From Acidobacteriota bacterium (GTDB lineage: Bacteria; Acidobacteriota; UBA4820; DSQY01): DNA of 64,000 nucleotides. The notes below the pieces were generated by a model. That model was given only the letters and a program-made list of their open reading frames with translations. It had not been told where the DNA came from and made no database searches. This document shows, piece after piece, positions 38,589-48,419 of the stretch. Position 1 is the first letter of the stretch; the number at the start of each line of letters is the position of its first letter. The translations under genes were made by a program, and so were the position numbers. Location: contig JAJYLT010000016.1 of NCBI GenBank assembly GCA_021787565.1, positions 9,156 to 73,155 on the forward strand, in the 5' to 3' direction.

Positions 38589-39818
38589 ATGCGCGGAGAG
38601 AGGGGGGAGCCGGTGGCCAGGCGAGATTGGATTCGCGGCGTCGCAGCCTTTTGCCTCCCCGGGGGGGCGCTCCTTCTCCTGCTGTCCCTGGCGGTCCGGG
38701 CGGGACTCCTCACGGCGTGGTGGCCGCGGGCCGCGCCCTACGTTTCGGGGACCGTCCTCATCGCCGCCATCCTGCTGGCCTGGCGGTTCCGCCGCAGCCG
38801 AGCCCTCTACGCCCTGATGGCCATCGCGCTGACGGAGGTCCTCCTGGAACGCTTGGGGATGCGAGCCTTCGGGGCGGCAGCCCTGCTCCTGCCCTTGAAT
38901 CTGGCCGCCGCGGGGCTCCTCAGGGAGCGGGGGGTGATCAGCCGCGCCGGCCTCCTCCGGCTCGTCGCTCTCCTCCTCCAGCCCGCGCTGGCGGCCGCGG
39001 CCCTCCTGCTCCTTCCCGCCGCCAGCGCGACGTTCTTCCTCGGCCGATTCTCGTCCTCGGAGTGGATGGCGCGGTCGGGGCTGCCGCAACCCTCCCTGGC
39101 TGCCTTCGCGGTGGCCGCGGTGGCCCTCAGCGTCGGGTACGGCATTCGGAGGAGCGCTCAGGATTCGGCGCTCATCTGGGCCCTGGCCTCCGCCTTCCTG
39201 GCGCTGGACTCTCGCGGATCGGGGCCCCTCCCCGCCCTTTACCTGACGGCGGCGGCGCTGATCGTGGGCTTGTCGGTGGTGGAGACCTCTCACCGCCTGG
39301 CCTACCGCGACGAACTCACGGGACTGCCGGGGCGGCGGGCCCTGGAAGAGGCGCTGGCCTCGGCCGGCGGACAGACCACGGTGGCCATGGTGGACGTGGA
39401 CCACTTCAAGCGGTTCAATGACCGGTACGGCCACGATGCCGGCGACGAGGTGCTGAAGATGGTGGCCGCGCGCCTCTCGGAAGCCGGAGGGGGCGGGCAG
39501 GCCTTTCGTTACGGCGGGGAGGAGTTCACCATTCTCTTCCCCGGCCGCCGGGCCGAACAGGCACTCCCCCACCTGGAGCGCGCGAGGCGGACGGTGGCGG
39601 CCCAGAGCTTTGCAATCCGAGCCAGCCAGCGGCCAAGGAAGAAGCCCGGCCGCCCCGAACCGAGCAGGACGAAGCCGAGGCGCGTTTTTGTCAGCGTGAG
39701 CATCGGAGTGGCCGAATCCTCTTCGTCTCAGGATATACTTTCCGCGATGAAGGGCGCGGACCGCGCCCTCTACAGGGCCAAGGGAGAGGGACGCAACCGG
39801 GTCGTCCTGGGGCGCTGA
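38589..39818 (+). CDS. Membrane-anchored GGDEF diguanylate cyclase.
   Basis: ~6 N-terminal TM helices, then LTGLPGRRALEE, DVDHFKRFNDRYGH and RYGGEEF (GGEEF active site). Confidence 0.8.
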   Translation: MRGERGEPVARRDWIRGVAAFCLPGGALLLLLSLAVRAGLLTAWWPRAAPYVSGTVLIAAILLAWRFRRSRALYALMAIALTEVLLERLGMRAFGAAALLLPLNLAAAGLLRERGVISRAGLLRLVALLLQPALAAAALLLLPAASATFFLGRFSSSEWMARSGLPQPSLAAFAVAAVALSVGYGIRRSAQDSALIWALASAFLALDSRGSGPLPALYLTAAALIVGLSVVETSHRLAYRDELTGLPGRRALEEALASAGGQTTVAMVDVDHFKRFNDRYGHDAGDEVLKMVAARLSEAGGGGQAFRYGGEEFTILFPGRRAEQALPHLERARRTVAAQSFAIRASQRPRKKPGRPEPSRTKPRRVFVSVSIGVAESSSSQDILSAMKGADRALYRAKGEGRNRVVLGR

Positions 39819-39872
39819 GGCCGGCCGGGAACAAATGCACGCTGCGGTTTCCCGTATGCTGGCAGGTGGAGG

Positions 39873-40853
39873 ATGCACGTGACTCACCCCATCGACCGCC
39901 GCCTCTGTGTGGCACCGATGATGGAATGCACGGACCGCCACGAGCGGTTCTTCCTCCGCCTCATTACCGCGCGAACACTGCTCTACACGGAGATGGTCAC
40001 TACGGGAGCGGTGCTCCACGGCGACCGCGAACGCCTCCTGGCTTTCGATCCCGTGGAGCACCCGGTCGCGCTCCAGGTAGGCGGGAGCTCGCCGATCGAG
40101 CTGGCCAAGTGCGCCCGCATCGCTCACGCCATGGGCTACGACGAGATCAACCTGAACGTCGGGTGCCCCAGCGACCGCGTCCAGTCGGGGCGCTTCGGCG
40201 CGTGCCTCATGGCCGAACCCGATCTCGTCGCCCGCTGCGTGGCCGCCATGGCCGACGCCTCCCCCCTGCCGGTGACCGTAAAGACCAGGATCGGCATCGA
40301 TGAAAGCGACTCCTTCGAGGAGCTGCTCAACTTTGTGGACAAAGTGGCCTTGGCCGGCTGCCGCGTCTTCGTCATCCATGCCCGCAAGGCATGGCTGAGC
40401 GGCCTCAGCCCCAAGGAGAACCGGGAGGTGCCTCCCCTTCGGTACGACGTGGTCTACCGGTTGAAACGCGAGCGGCCGACGCTGAGCGTCGTGTTGAACG
40501 GCGGCGTGGGGAGCCTGGACGAAGCCCAAGACCACCTTCGCCAAGTGGACGGGGTCATGATCGGCAGGGCGGCCTACGAGACGCCCTACGTCCTCGCCGA
40601 AGCGGATCGGCGGTTATGGGGAGAGGAGCGGCCCATTCCCAGCCGAAGAGAACTGCTCGAGCGGTTCGTCCCTTACGCCGAAGAACAGGCTCGGCGGGGA
40701 GTGCCGTTGAACCTGATGGCCCGCCACCTGATGGGGATCTTTCACGGCGAGCAGGGGGCCAGACTCTGGCGTCGTCGGCTCGGCGAACTGTGCCGGAAGG
40801 ATTCAGGGGGAGAAGAGCTTCGGGAGGTGATCGAAGCCTTCCTCACTTCCTGA
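39873..40853 (+). CDS. dusA: tRNA-dihydrouridine synthase A.
   Basis: APMMECTDRHERFFLRLITARTLLYTEMVTTGAV and GYDEINLNVGCPS (DusA signatures); 326 aa. Confidence 0.85.
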   Translation: MHVTHPIDRRLCVAPMMECTDRHERFFLRLITARTLLYTEMVTTGAVLHGDRERLLAFDPVEHPVALQVGGSSPIELAKCARIAHAMGYDEINLNVGCPSDRVQSGRFGACLMAEPDLVARCVAAMADASPLPVTVKTRIGIDESDSFEELLNFVDKVALAGCRVFVIHARKAWLSGLSPKENREVPPLRYDVVYRLKRERPTLSVVLNGGVGSLDEAQDHLRQVDGVMIGRAAYETPYVLAEADRRLWGEERPIPSRRELLERFVPYAEEQARRGVPLNLMARHLMGIFHGEQGARLWRRRLGELCRKDSGGEELREVIEAFLTS

Positions 40854-40961
40854 GGCTCTTTCACGACGGCTTCCAGAGAGCTCATGGAGCGGCGGATGGG
40901 GCCGCCTCGGGGAGAGCGCCCGTCGATGCCGGCCCGCCGACGGGGCGGCACGGCTTCTGGT

Positions 40962-41882
40962 TCAGGAGGTTGCCGAGAGAGAGGCGGCGGATCGGGCCAG
41001 AATGTCCTCGATGAGGGAGTCCTTGTCCTGCCAGATCTCCCGGATCCAGTTCTGGAAACGCTCCCGCAGTTCGGGGTTCTCCAGGTATCCGCCCCTCATG
41101 AACTCCTCGGGGATGGAGAATTCGCGGACCCTCACCACCACGCGGCGGATGCGTCCCGTGAAAAGGTCCCAGAAGCCGGTGCGCTTCTCGGGGTAGACCA
41201 CCGTCACATCCAGCAGGGATCGCAGCCTTCCGCCCATGGCCTCCAGGGCGAAGGCGACCCCTCCGGCCTTGGGGCGGAGCAGGTGGCGGTAAGGTGAATC
41301 CTGGTGGGAGTGTTTCTCGGGCGTGAATCGTGTGCCCTCAAGGAAGTTCAGAATTGTAACCGGCCTGCCCGCGAACTTGCGGCAGGCCTTCTTCGTGGTT
41401 TCCAGGTCCTTGCCCTTCTTCTCGGGGTGGGCTTCGAGGTAGCTCTTGGTATAGCGGCGCATGAACGGGAAATCGAGGGCCCACCAAGCGCCCCCAAGCA
41501 CGGGGACCCAGGCCAACTGCCTCTTGAGGAAGAACTTGGGAAAGGGGATGCGCCTGTTGAAGACCTTATGGAGCACCACCACGTCCACCCAGGACTGATG
41601 GTTGCAGCTCACCAGGTAGCTGGAGGCCCTCTTCAGCCCCTCCGCCCCCTGGACGTCCCAATGGATGCGCTGGGTCATCCTCAGCCCCCAGTTGTTTCCG
41701 CAGGTCCAGGCCTCCGCTATCCGGGTCATGAGGGTCGTGCACCCGCTCTTCCACCGGCGGTGGGGCACGAGCACCTTGGCCGGAATCACCAGATAGAGGA
41801 GTGCCCCCCAGAACAGCGTATTGAGGCCGAACAGGAAGAAGACGAGAGGACCCAGAATGGGCGGTGGCAGGAACGATAACAT
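40962..41882 (-). CDS. Lysophospholipid/1-acyl-glycerol-3-phosphate acyltransferase family protein (YihG-like).
   Basis: N-terminal TM. NHQSWVD (HX4D acyltransferase motif) and FLEGTRF (EGTR motif). Confidence 0.75.
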   Translation of the reverse strand: MLSFLPPPILGPLVFFLFGLNTLFWGALLYLVIPAKVLVPHRRWKSGCTTLMTRIAEAWTCGNNWGLRMTQRIHWDVQGAEGLKRASSYLVSCNHQSWVDVVVLHKVFNRRIPFPKFFLKRQLAWVPVLGGAWWALDFPFMRRYTKSYLEAHPEKKGKDLETTKKACRKFAGRPVTILNFLEGTRFTPEKHSHQDSPYRHLLRPKAGGVAFALEAMGGRLRSLLDVTVVYPEKRTGFWDLFTGRIRRVVVRVREFSIPEEFMRGGYLENPELRERFQNWIREIWQDKDSLIEDILARSAASLSATS

Positions 41883-42366
41883 TTCGGCGCTCTCCTCGAC
41901 CCTCCCAGTCCCGTTGGAGAGCCTTGGATCATCGTATCAACAAGGCTCCGGCGATACAAGCGAGGGCTGGGAAAGGTGGAGGGTGGAGGGCGGGGCGGCA
42001 AGAGGGAAGGGGGGTGATGAGCCTTCAAGCGCCCGATCTCTATTGCATCCCTTTTGCCTGCCTGTTGGATCTTGTCTTCACTCAAGCGCCCATCTGCCAT
42101 TGACTCGCGCCTGCCTTGCCCCTCCCCCGGCGGCCCCCAGCCGTGTCATTTTGGGAGGCCAGGCCTGCCTTGGATTGTCAATATGGCCTGCCGCCTGGGC
42201 AGGGCAACGATCCCGTGATCGAGAATTGGGGGATTTCGGGCGCACACAGCCTGGCACTGATATTGCTTAAGAAGGGGCGGAGATTATCTTGGGCGTGGGG
42301 TCCGACTCAACCCCTAGCTCCGGGAGGTCCGGAGGCCCGAAGAAGATAACCCTCCATACCTCCGAG

Positions 42367-42398
42367 GGCCCGCCTCCTCCAGGCGGGCCTTTACTTGT
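42367..42398 (+). terminator. Strong GC hairpin GGCCCGCCT-cctcc-AGGCGGGCC followed by TTTACTTGT. Terminator-like structure inside a 565-bp ORF-free region.
   Basis: 9-bp perfect stem with a 5-nt loop and a partial T-tract on the + strand. There is no annotated + strand gene upstream (see findings). Confidence 0.3.
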
Positions 42399-42447
42399 AT
42401 GCAACCAACGCGCTCATTCGTCTTTTCGAAACAGTTGGACCCGCCTC

Positions 42448-44508
42448 TCAGCGGGTATACGAGAAGGGCGCCGAAGCGGTCCCGTCGACGTTCGTCACCA
42501 TGATCTGCACGGCCGTTCCCTTCGGCACCAGGGCCTTCAGGCCCGACCCTTTGGCCACCACTTTGGTGCCGCTGGCCCAGCGAGTGGCGGGGGCCGGACT
42601 TCCGTTGACGGCCACCGAACACCCCGCCTTGAAGCCGCTCCCCGTGATGGTCAACCTGAAGGGGGGCTGAGCGGCCCTCACCGCTCCGATCACCACCGAA
42701 TGGCCGACCGTCAGCGTCTGACTGGAGGTATCGTGGGCACCCGCCGCGTCCGTCACGTCCAGCGTGATGGTGTATACGCCGGGCGGAAAGGTCCTCGTGA
42801 CCGTCTCCCCCTCGGCGGCCTGTCCTCCCAGATCCCACGTGAAGGTATAGGGAGGGGTCCCGTCGGCGCTGCCCACGAAGGTCACCGGCGTGGCATCCGT
42901 GGGCTGGACGGGAGTGTAGTTGAAATCGGCGGTAACCGGTGAAGGGGGTGCGGCGTCCTCCGCGGCGGTGCAGCCGGCCCCCTTGCACGAGGTCAGAGTG
43001 CCAAGGTAGGCGGAGGCGGCACTGAGGAAGTTCGGACTCGCCACTGCCGCCTCGTTGCTCATCTCATCGGGGTCGGGACCGAGGTAGTAGAGCTCCTTCT
43101 CCCCCGTGCTGTACTCCACGTACTTGTAGGCGCTGGTCCTGTACCCCTGGTGGCCCGGCCAGTCGCTGGTCCTGGCCAGGTCCTCAGGATCGGGCGGCTC
43201 GGCCTGCCGGTCCTGGGGAAGAAGACCGGCCTGCTGGGGATGGGGAGCGGGCCCTTTGATCTGTTCGATGAGAACGGACTGCCGCCACGGCGAGGGCGTC
43301 TCTCCCTTCAACAGCGGGACGAGGGACCGGCCGTCGGGCACGTCGTGCATGGTGACGCCGCCCAGCTCCGCGAAGGTCGGGGCCAGGTCCACCTCCTCGG
43401 CAAATTGGTTGATCTGGAGGCCCGCGGGCACGCCCGGACCCACCACCACCAGGGGCACGCGGATGTCCGTCTCGTACGGGGTGTACTTGCCGGCCAGGAA
43501 GCGGTGCTGGCCCATGTGGTAGCCGTTGTCCGAGGAGAAAAAGATGTAGGTATTGCCTAGCAGCCCGTCTGCCGTGAGTTCGTTCACGATGGCCCCCACC
43601 ATGTCGTCCACCGCCTGGAGCGACTGGAGCCTGAGCCGGTACTCGGCGTCGATCTCCTGGATGTCCTGGTCCGTCAGCAGGGGCAGGGATTGCATGTAGG
43701 CCGGCTTGCCCGTCATGTCGGCCTCGTTGAAGGAAGGGGTGCGGGGCGCCTGGGCGCCGGGAAACAGGTTGGCGTCCCTCGGGGCCGGGGTGCTCGGCCG
43801 GTGGGGCGCGAAGGGGGTGAGGTGCATGAAAAAGGCCGGATGGCTGGGATCCTGGGCCATCTGGTGGACGAAGGCGACGGCCTTGGCCGACATGACGTCG
43901 GTCAGGTAGTCCGAAGGGGCGCTTCCGAAGCTCACCACGGTGCCGTTTTCGTTGAGCGAGTAGTTGTACTCGCCGTAGGGATCTCCGCTCACGGGGCTGT
44001 ACCACTCGTCCCAGCCGGGCGGGATGTAGGTCTGGCTCGCGGTGGCGGGGTACCCGTTGAGGTACTTCCCGAAGAAGAAGGTCTTATAGCCGGCCCTCTG
44101 CAGGGCCGTGGCCACGGTGTGGCTCTCCAGGGAGTCGGCGTAGGCTTTCTGGAAACCACCATCCGGCGGATTGTTGGTCCAAATCTTGGTGTTGTGAGGG
44201 TACTGGCCACGCAAGATCGCCGTCCTCGATGGACAGCAGAGGGAGAGAGGCACGAAGTAATCGTCGAAGGTGGCCCCCTGGTCCTCCAGGAGCGCCTTCA
44301 CGTTCTGCATGTACTCCATGGAGTGGAGCATGAGGTCCTGGTCGTCCGTCAGGATGAAGATGATGTTGGGCTTCTGCGGCTCGTGCCGCCCCGCCGTCTG
44401 GCATGGGGTGGTCTGCGCCGAGGCGGGAAGCGCCGCCGCGAGGAGGGTGGCGAGGATCAGGCCTGTGGTCTTCAGGTAGGGCAGGGCGTGGCGCGCCTTC
44501 AAGGGCAT
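42448..44508 (-). CDS. Secreted sulfatase (formylglycine-dependent, S1 family) with C-terminal PKD/Ig-like domains.
   Basis: Signal peptide. LSLCCPSRTAILRGQY (C-x-P-x-R FGly motif) and GKYLNGY. C-terminal ~200 aa have PKD-like repeats (PYTFTWDLGG ... VYTITLDVTDAAG). Confidence 0.85.
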   Translation of the reverse strand: MPLKARHALPYLKTTGLILATLLAAALPASAQTTPCQTAGRHEPQKPNIIFILTDDQDLMLHSMEYMQNVKALLEDQGATFDDYFVPLSLCCPSRTAILRGQYPHNTKIWTNNPPDGGFQKAYADSLESHTVATALQRAGYKTFFFGKYLNGYPATASQTYIPPGWDEWYSPVSGDPYGEYNYSLNENGTVVSFGSAPSDYLTDVMSAKAVAFVHQMAQDPSHPAFFMHLTPFAPHRPSTPAPRDANLFPGAQAPRTPSFNEADMTGKPAYMQSLPLLTDQDIQEIDAEYRLRLQSLQAVDDMVGAIVNELTADGLLGNTYIFFSSDNGYHMGQHRFLAGKYTPYETDIRVPLVVVGPGVPAGLQINQFAEEVDLAPTFAELGGVTMHDVPDGRSLVPLLKGETPSPWRQSVLIEQIKGPAPHPQQAGLLPQDRQAEPPDPEDLARTSDWPGHQGYRTSAYKYVEYSTGEKELYYLGPDPDEMSNEAAVASPNFLSAASAYLGTLTSCKGAGCTAAEDAAPPSPVTADFNYTPVQPTDATPVTFVGSADGTPPYTFTWDLGGQAAEGETVTRTFPPGVYTITLDVTDAAGAHDTSSQTLTVGHSVVIGAVRAAQPPFRLTITGSGFKAGCSVAVNGSPAPATRWASGTKVVAKGSGLKALVPKGTAVQIMVTNVDGTASAPFSYTR

Positions 44509-44667
44509 CTCCTAGAGCGCAGAATTTGCGGGGGGAACCGGGAACCGGGGGGATCCTCGTCTCTCCATCAAAATAGGGACGCGGCACGCGCCGCCTCCCA
44601 CGTCGTCCCCCTCCCTCCTCACGGGATTTTACTTCCGGCCGGGTGGTCCGTCAAAGGAGCGGGGTGA

Positions 44668-44816
44668 CCCAAATTCCGCGATGGAATCGCACTCGTAGCG
44701 CCGCCCCCGGCGCGACGGACCGTACGCGGGCACCGCATCCTGGTCGCAGGGTCACCCGGTTCGCGGCGAGGCGCCGCTCCTACGCAGGCGTTGAGCCGCT
44801 ATCGCGGAATTGGGGG
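44668..44816 (+). repeat. MITE-like repeat copy 5 (carries a small internal deletion, GTAGGAGCG to GTAGCG).
   Basis: CCCAAATTCCGCGATGGAATCGCACTCGTAGCGCCGCCCCCGGCGCGACGG ... GCCGCTATCGCGGAATTGGGGGG. Sits 16 bp from the dnaE2 stop. Confidence 0.8.
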
Positions 44817-44832
44817 GTGAGTGCCCGGGCCC

Positions 44833-47800
44833 CTACGCCGCCCCCTCGGCGGTGGCCTCCTCTCGCACTGGCTTGGGCACGACGACGCCGCGGATGGCCC
44901 AGGCGCGGGAGACGGCGAGCGTGAGGCCGCCGCGGTCGTCCTCCGCCCTGCCCTCCACCACCAGCGGTCTGCCGGACGTGATGAGCTCGCCGAAAGCCTG
45001 GTAGGCGCGGGGGAAGAAGACCAGCTCCGTGAGGCCGGTGGGATCCTCGAGAGTGGCGAAGGCCATGCCCTCCTTCGTCTTGCGGGTGGAGATGCGCTTG
45101 TAGGTGATGACTTGGCCCCACACGCGCGCCGTCTCCCCCGCCTTCACGGCCAGGCTCATCGCGTGCGTGTAGCCCCGCCCCGCCGCCCACTCCAGCAGAG
45201 GCGTCAGCGGATGCGCGGTCGTCGCGTAACCGAGAGTGCGCACTTCACCGGCAAGGGTCTCGGCTAGGGAGAGGGATGTTGAGTCGGCGTGAATCAGAGA
45301 GCCATGGAAACCCAGGGAAGAAACTCTTCTCTCGCCGCGTCTCTGGCTCTCTGGTTCCCTGTTTCTCATCGTGCTGACGCCAGCCTCACCAGACCGCAAC
45401 AGGCCCAACAATACGCCTCGATCGAACCCGAAGTCATCGCACGCTCCCGCGCGGACGAGGACCTCCACTTCCGCGAGGGTGAAGCGGCGGCGCAGGCGGG
45501 AGCAGAGGTCGGCGAAGGAGCGGTAGGGCCCCTCGCCGCGTTCCTCGAAGAGCGCGTCCAGGGCCGAGGGCCGAAGGCCGCGCAGGGTGAAGAAGCCGCA
45601 GCGCAGCAGTCTCCCCTTCCCCGCGAAGTCGCTGCCTGAGGCGTTCACGTCGGGCGGCAGGATCTCCATTCCCCAGCGCCGCGCCTCCTCCACGTAGGCC
45701 GCCGTGCCGTAGAAGCCGCCCTGGTTGTTCACGAGCGCCGCGAAGAACTCGGCGGGGTGGTGGGCCTTGAGGTAGGCCACCTGGTAGGAGAGCTGGGCGA
45801 AGGAGGCGCTGTGGGCCTTGCAGAAGGCGTAGCCCGCGAAGGACTTGATCTGCGCCCAGAGCTGGGCCAGCACGAGAGCGCCGATGCCCCGCTCGCGGCC
45901 CTTCTCGAAGAAGGAGCCCGTGAGCGACTCCATCTCGGCGTGACTCCGGTACTTGCCGCTCATGGTCCGGCGCAGCGAGTCCGCCTCGGCCAGGGAGAGC
46001 CCCACGAACTCGTGGGCCACGCGGATCACGTCCTCCTGGTAGACCATGACGCCGAAGGTTTCCCTGAGGATGGGTTCCAGTTCCGGCGCGGCGTACTGTG
46101 CGCTCTCTTCGCCCAGCCGGCGCTTCACGTAGGCCTCCATCATGCCCGACTCAGAAACGCCGGGCCGGATGATGGAGGAGACCGCCGTCAGGTCCGGGAA
46201 GGTGCGCGTCTTGAGGCGCTGGAGCAGCAGGCGCATGCCCGGCGACTCGATGTAGAAGCAGCCCATGCTGCGGCCCTGTGAGATGACGGCGTTGGTCTCC
46301 GGATCATCGTAGGTCCGCTCCGGCGGGAAGATGGGCGGCGCCTGGCCCGTGCGGTCCTTCACCGCCGCCACCGCGTCCACGAGGACGCCGAGAGACCGGT
46401 TGCCCAGTAGGTCGATCTTCACCAGGCCCAGCTCCTCCACGTCAACCATGTCGCACTGCGTGATGGCCACGCCCTTGGCGGCGCGTTCCAGGGACAGCCG
46501 GCGCGTGAGCGGGACCGGCGAGACCACCACGCCGCCGCAGTGCACCGAGAGGTGGCGCGGGAAGCCGTCGATCCAGCGCGCCACCTCCAGCAGGTCCTGC
46601 CACGGCCGCTCCTTGAGGGGCGCCCGGCGTGACTCGGGCCTCGCCGCCAGAGCCTCTGTGAAGTGCTCGAAGGAGGTGTGCGGGATGGCGCGGGCGATGA
46701 CGCCGATCTCCTCCTCGGGCACGCTCAGGGCCTTGCCCACCTCCCTAAAGCCCGAGCGCGCGGAGAAGGTGTTGTGCGTGGCGATCATGCAGACGTTCTC
46801 GTCGCCGTAGGTGTCGTAGACGTGCCGGATGACGTGGTCGCGCTCGCGCCAGGAGAAGTCCAGGTCGATGTCGGGCGGGTTCCTGCGGCCGGGGTTCAGG
46901 AAGCGCTCGAAGTAGAGGCCCTCGGCCACCGGGTCCACGTGGGTCATGAAGAGGCAGTAGGAGACGAGGCTCGAGGCGCCCGAGCCGCGGCCGATATTGG
47001 GGATGCCCTGGTCGCGGGCGAAGCGGGCGATGTCCTCCACCACCAGGAAGTAGCCCGCGAAGCCCAGGCGCACGATGACCTCCAGCTCCCGCTCCAGCCG
47101 TTCGATGTACGCCATGGAGACGTTGCGCACCCGCCGAGCCAGGCCCGCGTAGGCCAGGGCGCGCAGCTTGCCCGCCTCGGTCTCGCCCGCGGGGATGGGC
47201 GGATGGGGCAGGAGCCAGTCGCCCAGCGGCAGTGTAAGGTCACAGGAGGCCGCCAGCTCCCCCGCCGCGTCCAGCGCCGTGGCGCGGGCGCCCCCGCCCG
47301 CGAACCGCCGCTCCGCCTCCTCCGGTGGAAGCAGGTACTCCCCCGGCCCCGCCTCGGGCCGCAGGTGTTTCGCCGCCCGCAGGACCCGGTGGATGGCGTA
47401 CCCCGAGGGACCCGGGAAGAAGGCCGGCGGCGCGGCGATGCAGGGCAGCTTGAGCCAATCCGCCACGGCACGGGCGTCCGCGTCGGCTTTGGAGTCACCC
47501 GAGAGGCGCGCGAAGAGGCCCCCTTCCCCACCGCCCGCTCCCGGAGGACTTCTCGCTCCCGCCTTCTTGAGCGCGTAGAGCAGGGGCACGTCTGACGCCA
47601 CGAGCGCTACGTGGCCTCCTTCCGTGGCCGCCGCGCACTCCCTCACCCGGTCGAAGCGGTCCGGATCGAGGTTGCGGCGCGTGATGAGGCGGCAGAGACG
47701 GGAGTAGCCCTCGCTGTCCCGTGCAAAGGCAAAAAGAGAGGCCCTTGCGCGGGGAGCTGGAGAGCTGGAGATCTGGAGATCTGAAGAAGAAGGAAGATGC

Positions 47801-48168
47801 CTTGAAGGAGCAAGTTCCCCTGATTGCTCCCTTTTGCCAGATGGGCCGTTCCACGGCTCTTTTCTCCCCAGTTCGCCAGTTCGCCAGCTCTCCAGCTCGC
47901 TCTTTTCCGCCCCCGCGGCTCGCCAGCTCCTCAGCTCCCCAGCTCGCTCTCTATAACCGCCTCCCGTGATCTCCGCCCCCAGAACCGGCTTAATACCCGC
48001 CGCCCTAGCCGCCTTATAGAACCGCACCGCGGCGTAGAGCCCGTCGCGGTCGCAGAGGCCCGCGGCGGGATAGCCCAACTCGGCGCACGCCGCCGCCAGC
48101 GTCTCGGGTAGCATGGCCCCGGAGTAGAACGTGAAAGCGGTCCGGTTGACGAGCGGCACGAACGGCAT
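44833..48168 (-). CDS. dnaE2: Error-prone DNA polymerase III alpha subunit DnaE2 (ImuC), carrying a ~65-aa in-frame low-complexity insertion in the N-terminal PHP domain.
   Basis: 1111 aa. PHP, polymerase core, (HhH)2 and OB-fold regions are recognisable (GYFLVVEDIARFARDQGI; DIDLDF; CGGVVVSP; FAGYAFCKAHSASFAQLSYQ). Residues ~67-145 (GGGYRERAGELRSWRAAGAEKSELESWRTGELGRKEPWNGPSGKREQSGELAPSRHLPSSSDLQISSSPAPRARAS) are inserted between GAEIT and LFAFARDSEGY. Confidence 0.85.
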   Translation of the reverse strand: MPFVPLVNRTAFTFYSGAMLPETLAAACAELGYPAAGLCDRDGLYAAVRFYKAARAAGIKPVLGAEITGGGYRERAGELRSWRAAGAEKSELESWRTGELGRKEPWNGPSGKREQSGELAPSRHLPSSSDLQISSSPAPRARASLFAFARDSEGYSRLCRLITRRNLDPDRFDRVRECAAATEGGHVALVASDVPLLYALKKAGARSPPGAGGGEGGLFARLSGDSKADADARAVADWLKLPCIAAPPAFFPGPSGYAIHRVLRAAKHLRPEAGPGEYLLPPEEAERRFAGGGARATALDAAGELAASCDLTLPLGDWLLPHPPIPAGETEAGKLRALAYAGLARRVRNVSMAYIERLERELEVIVRLGFAGYFLVVEDIARFARDQGIPNIGRGSGASSLVSYCLFMTHVDPVAEGLYFERFLNPGRRNPPDIDLDFSWRERDHVIRHVYDTYGDENVCMIATHNTFSARSGFREVGKALSVPEEEIGVIARAIPHTSFEHFTEALAARPESRRAPLKERPWQDLLEVARWIDGFPRHLSVHCGGVVVSPVPLTRRLSLERAAKGVAITQCDMVDVEELGLVKIDLLGNRSLGVLVDAVAAVKDRTGQAPPIFPPERTYDDPETNAVISQGRSMGCFYIESPGMRLLLQRLKTRTFPDLTAVSSIIRPGVSESGMMEAYVKRRLGEESAQYAAPELEPILRETFGVMVYQEDVIRVAHEFVGLSLAEADSLRRTMSGKYRSHAEMESLTGSFFEKGRERGIGALVLAQLWAQIKSFAGYAFCKAHSASFAQLSYQVAYLKAHHPAEFFAALVNNQGGFYGTAAYVEEARRWGMEILPPDVNASGSDFAGKGRLLRCGFFTLRGLRPSALDALFEERGEGPYRSFADLCSRLRRRFTLAEVEVLVRAGACDDFGFDRGVLLGLLRSGEAGVSTMRNREPESQRRGERRVSSLGFHGSLIHADSTSLSLAETLAGEVRTLGYATTAHPLTPLLEWAAGRGYTHAMSLAVKAGETARVWGQVITYKRISTRKTKEGMAFATLEDPTGLTELVFFPRAYQAFGELITSGRPLVVEGRAEDDRGGLTLAVSRAWAIRGVVVPKPVREEATAEGAA
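47735..47935. repeat. Inverted-repeat, lower-GC insertion (~200 bp) lying in frame inside dnaE2. The left arm GGAGCTGGAGAGCTGGAGATCTGGAGATCTGA is complementary to the right arm CCAGTTCGCCAGTTCGCCAGCTCTCCAGCTCGC.
   Basis: Read directly from the sequence. It contains the short direct repeats CTGGAGAT x2 and CCAGTTCGCCAG x2, and its arms are mutually reverse-complementary. Local GC drops well below the ~70% background. It corresponds exactly to the extra residues in the DnaE2 PHP domain. Confidence 0.45.
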
Positions 48169-48217
48169 GGCGAACCCGAAGGAGGCGGAGACCAGCGACT
48201 ACTATCCGCACCCATAT

Positions 48218-48237
48218 TATAGTCATACATGACTATA
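48218..48237. promoter_or_regulatory. 20-bp palindrome TATAGTCATACATGACTATA, 50-70 bp upstream of the dnaE2 start. Candidate SOS (LexA-like repressor) operator.
   Basis: Perfect 9-bp arms (TATAGTCAT / ATGACTATA) in an AT-rich patch. A near-identical palindrome lies upstream of the LexA-like gene at 52768-52787. Confidence 0.45.
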
Positions 48238-48419
48238 CATTCAAGAGAAAAAGAGGCGGGAGAAATCCACTCCCCCGCCTATAAGGGGTTAGGGCTTCTT
48301 CACGGCCGAAGCCGGCTTTTATGGGTCAAAGCGGCCGCAGGCCGCTCGTCGCGGCCTTCGCCATAGGGCGACCATGGGGATAGAACCACCATGCCCCCCG
48401 CCGGACGGGCACGAAACCT

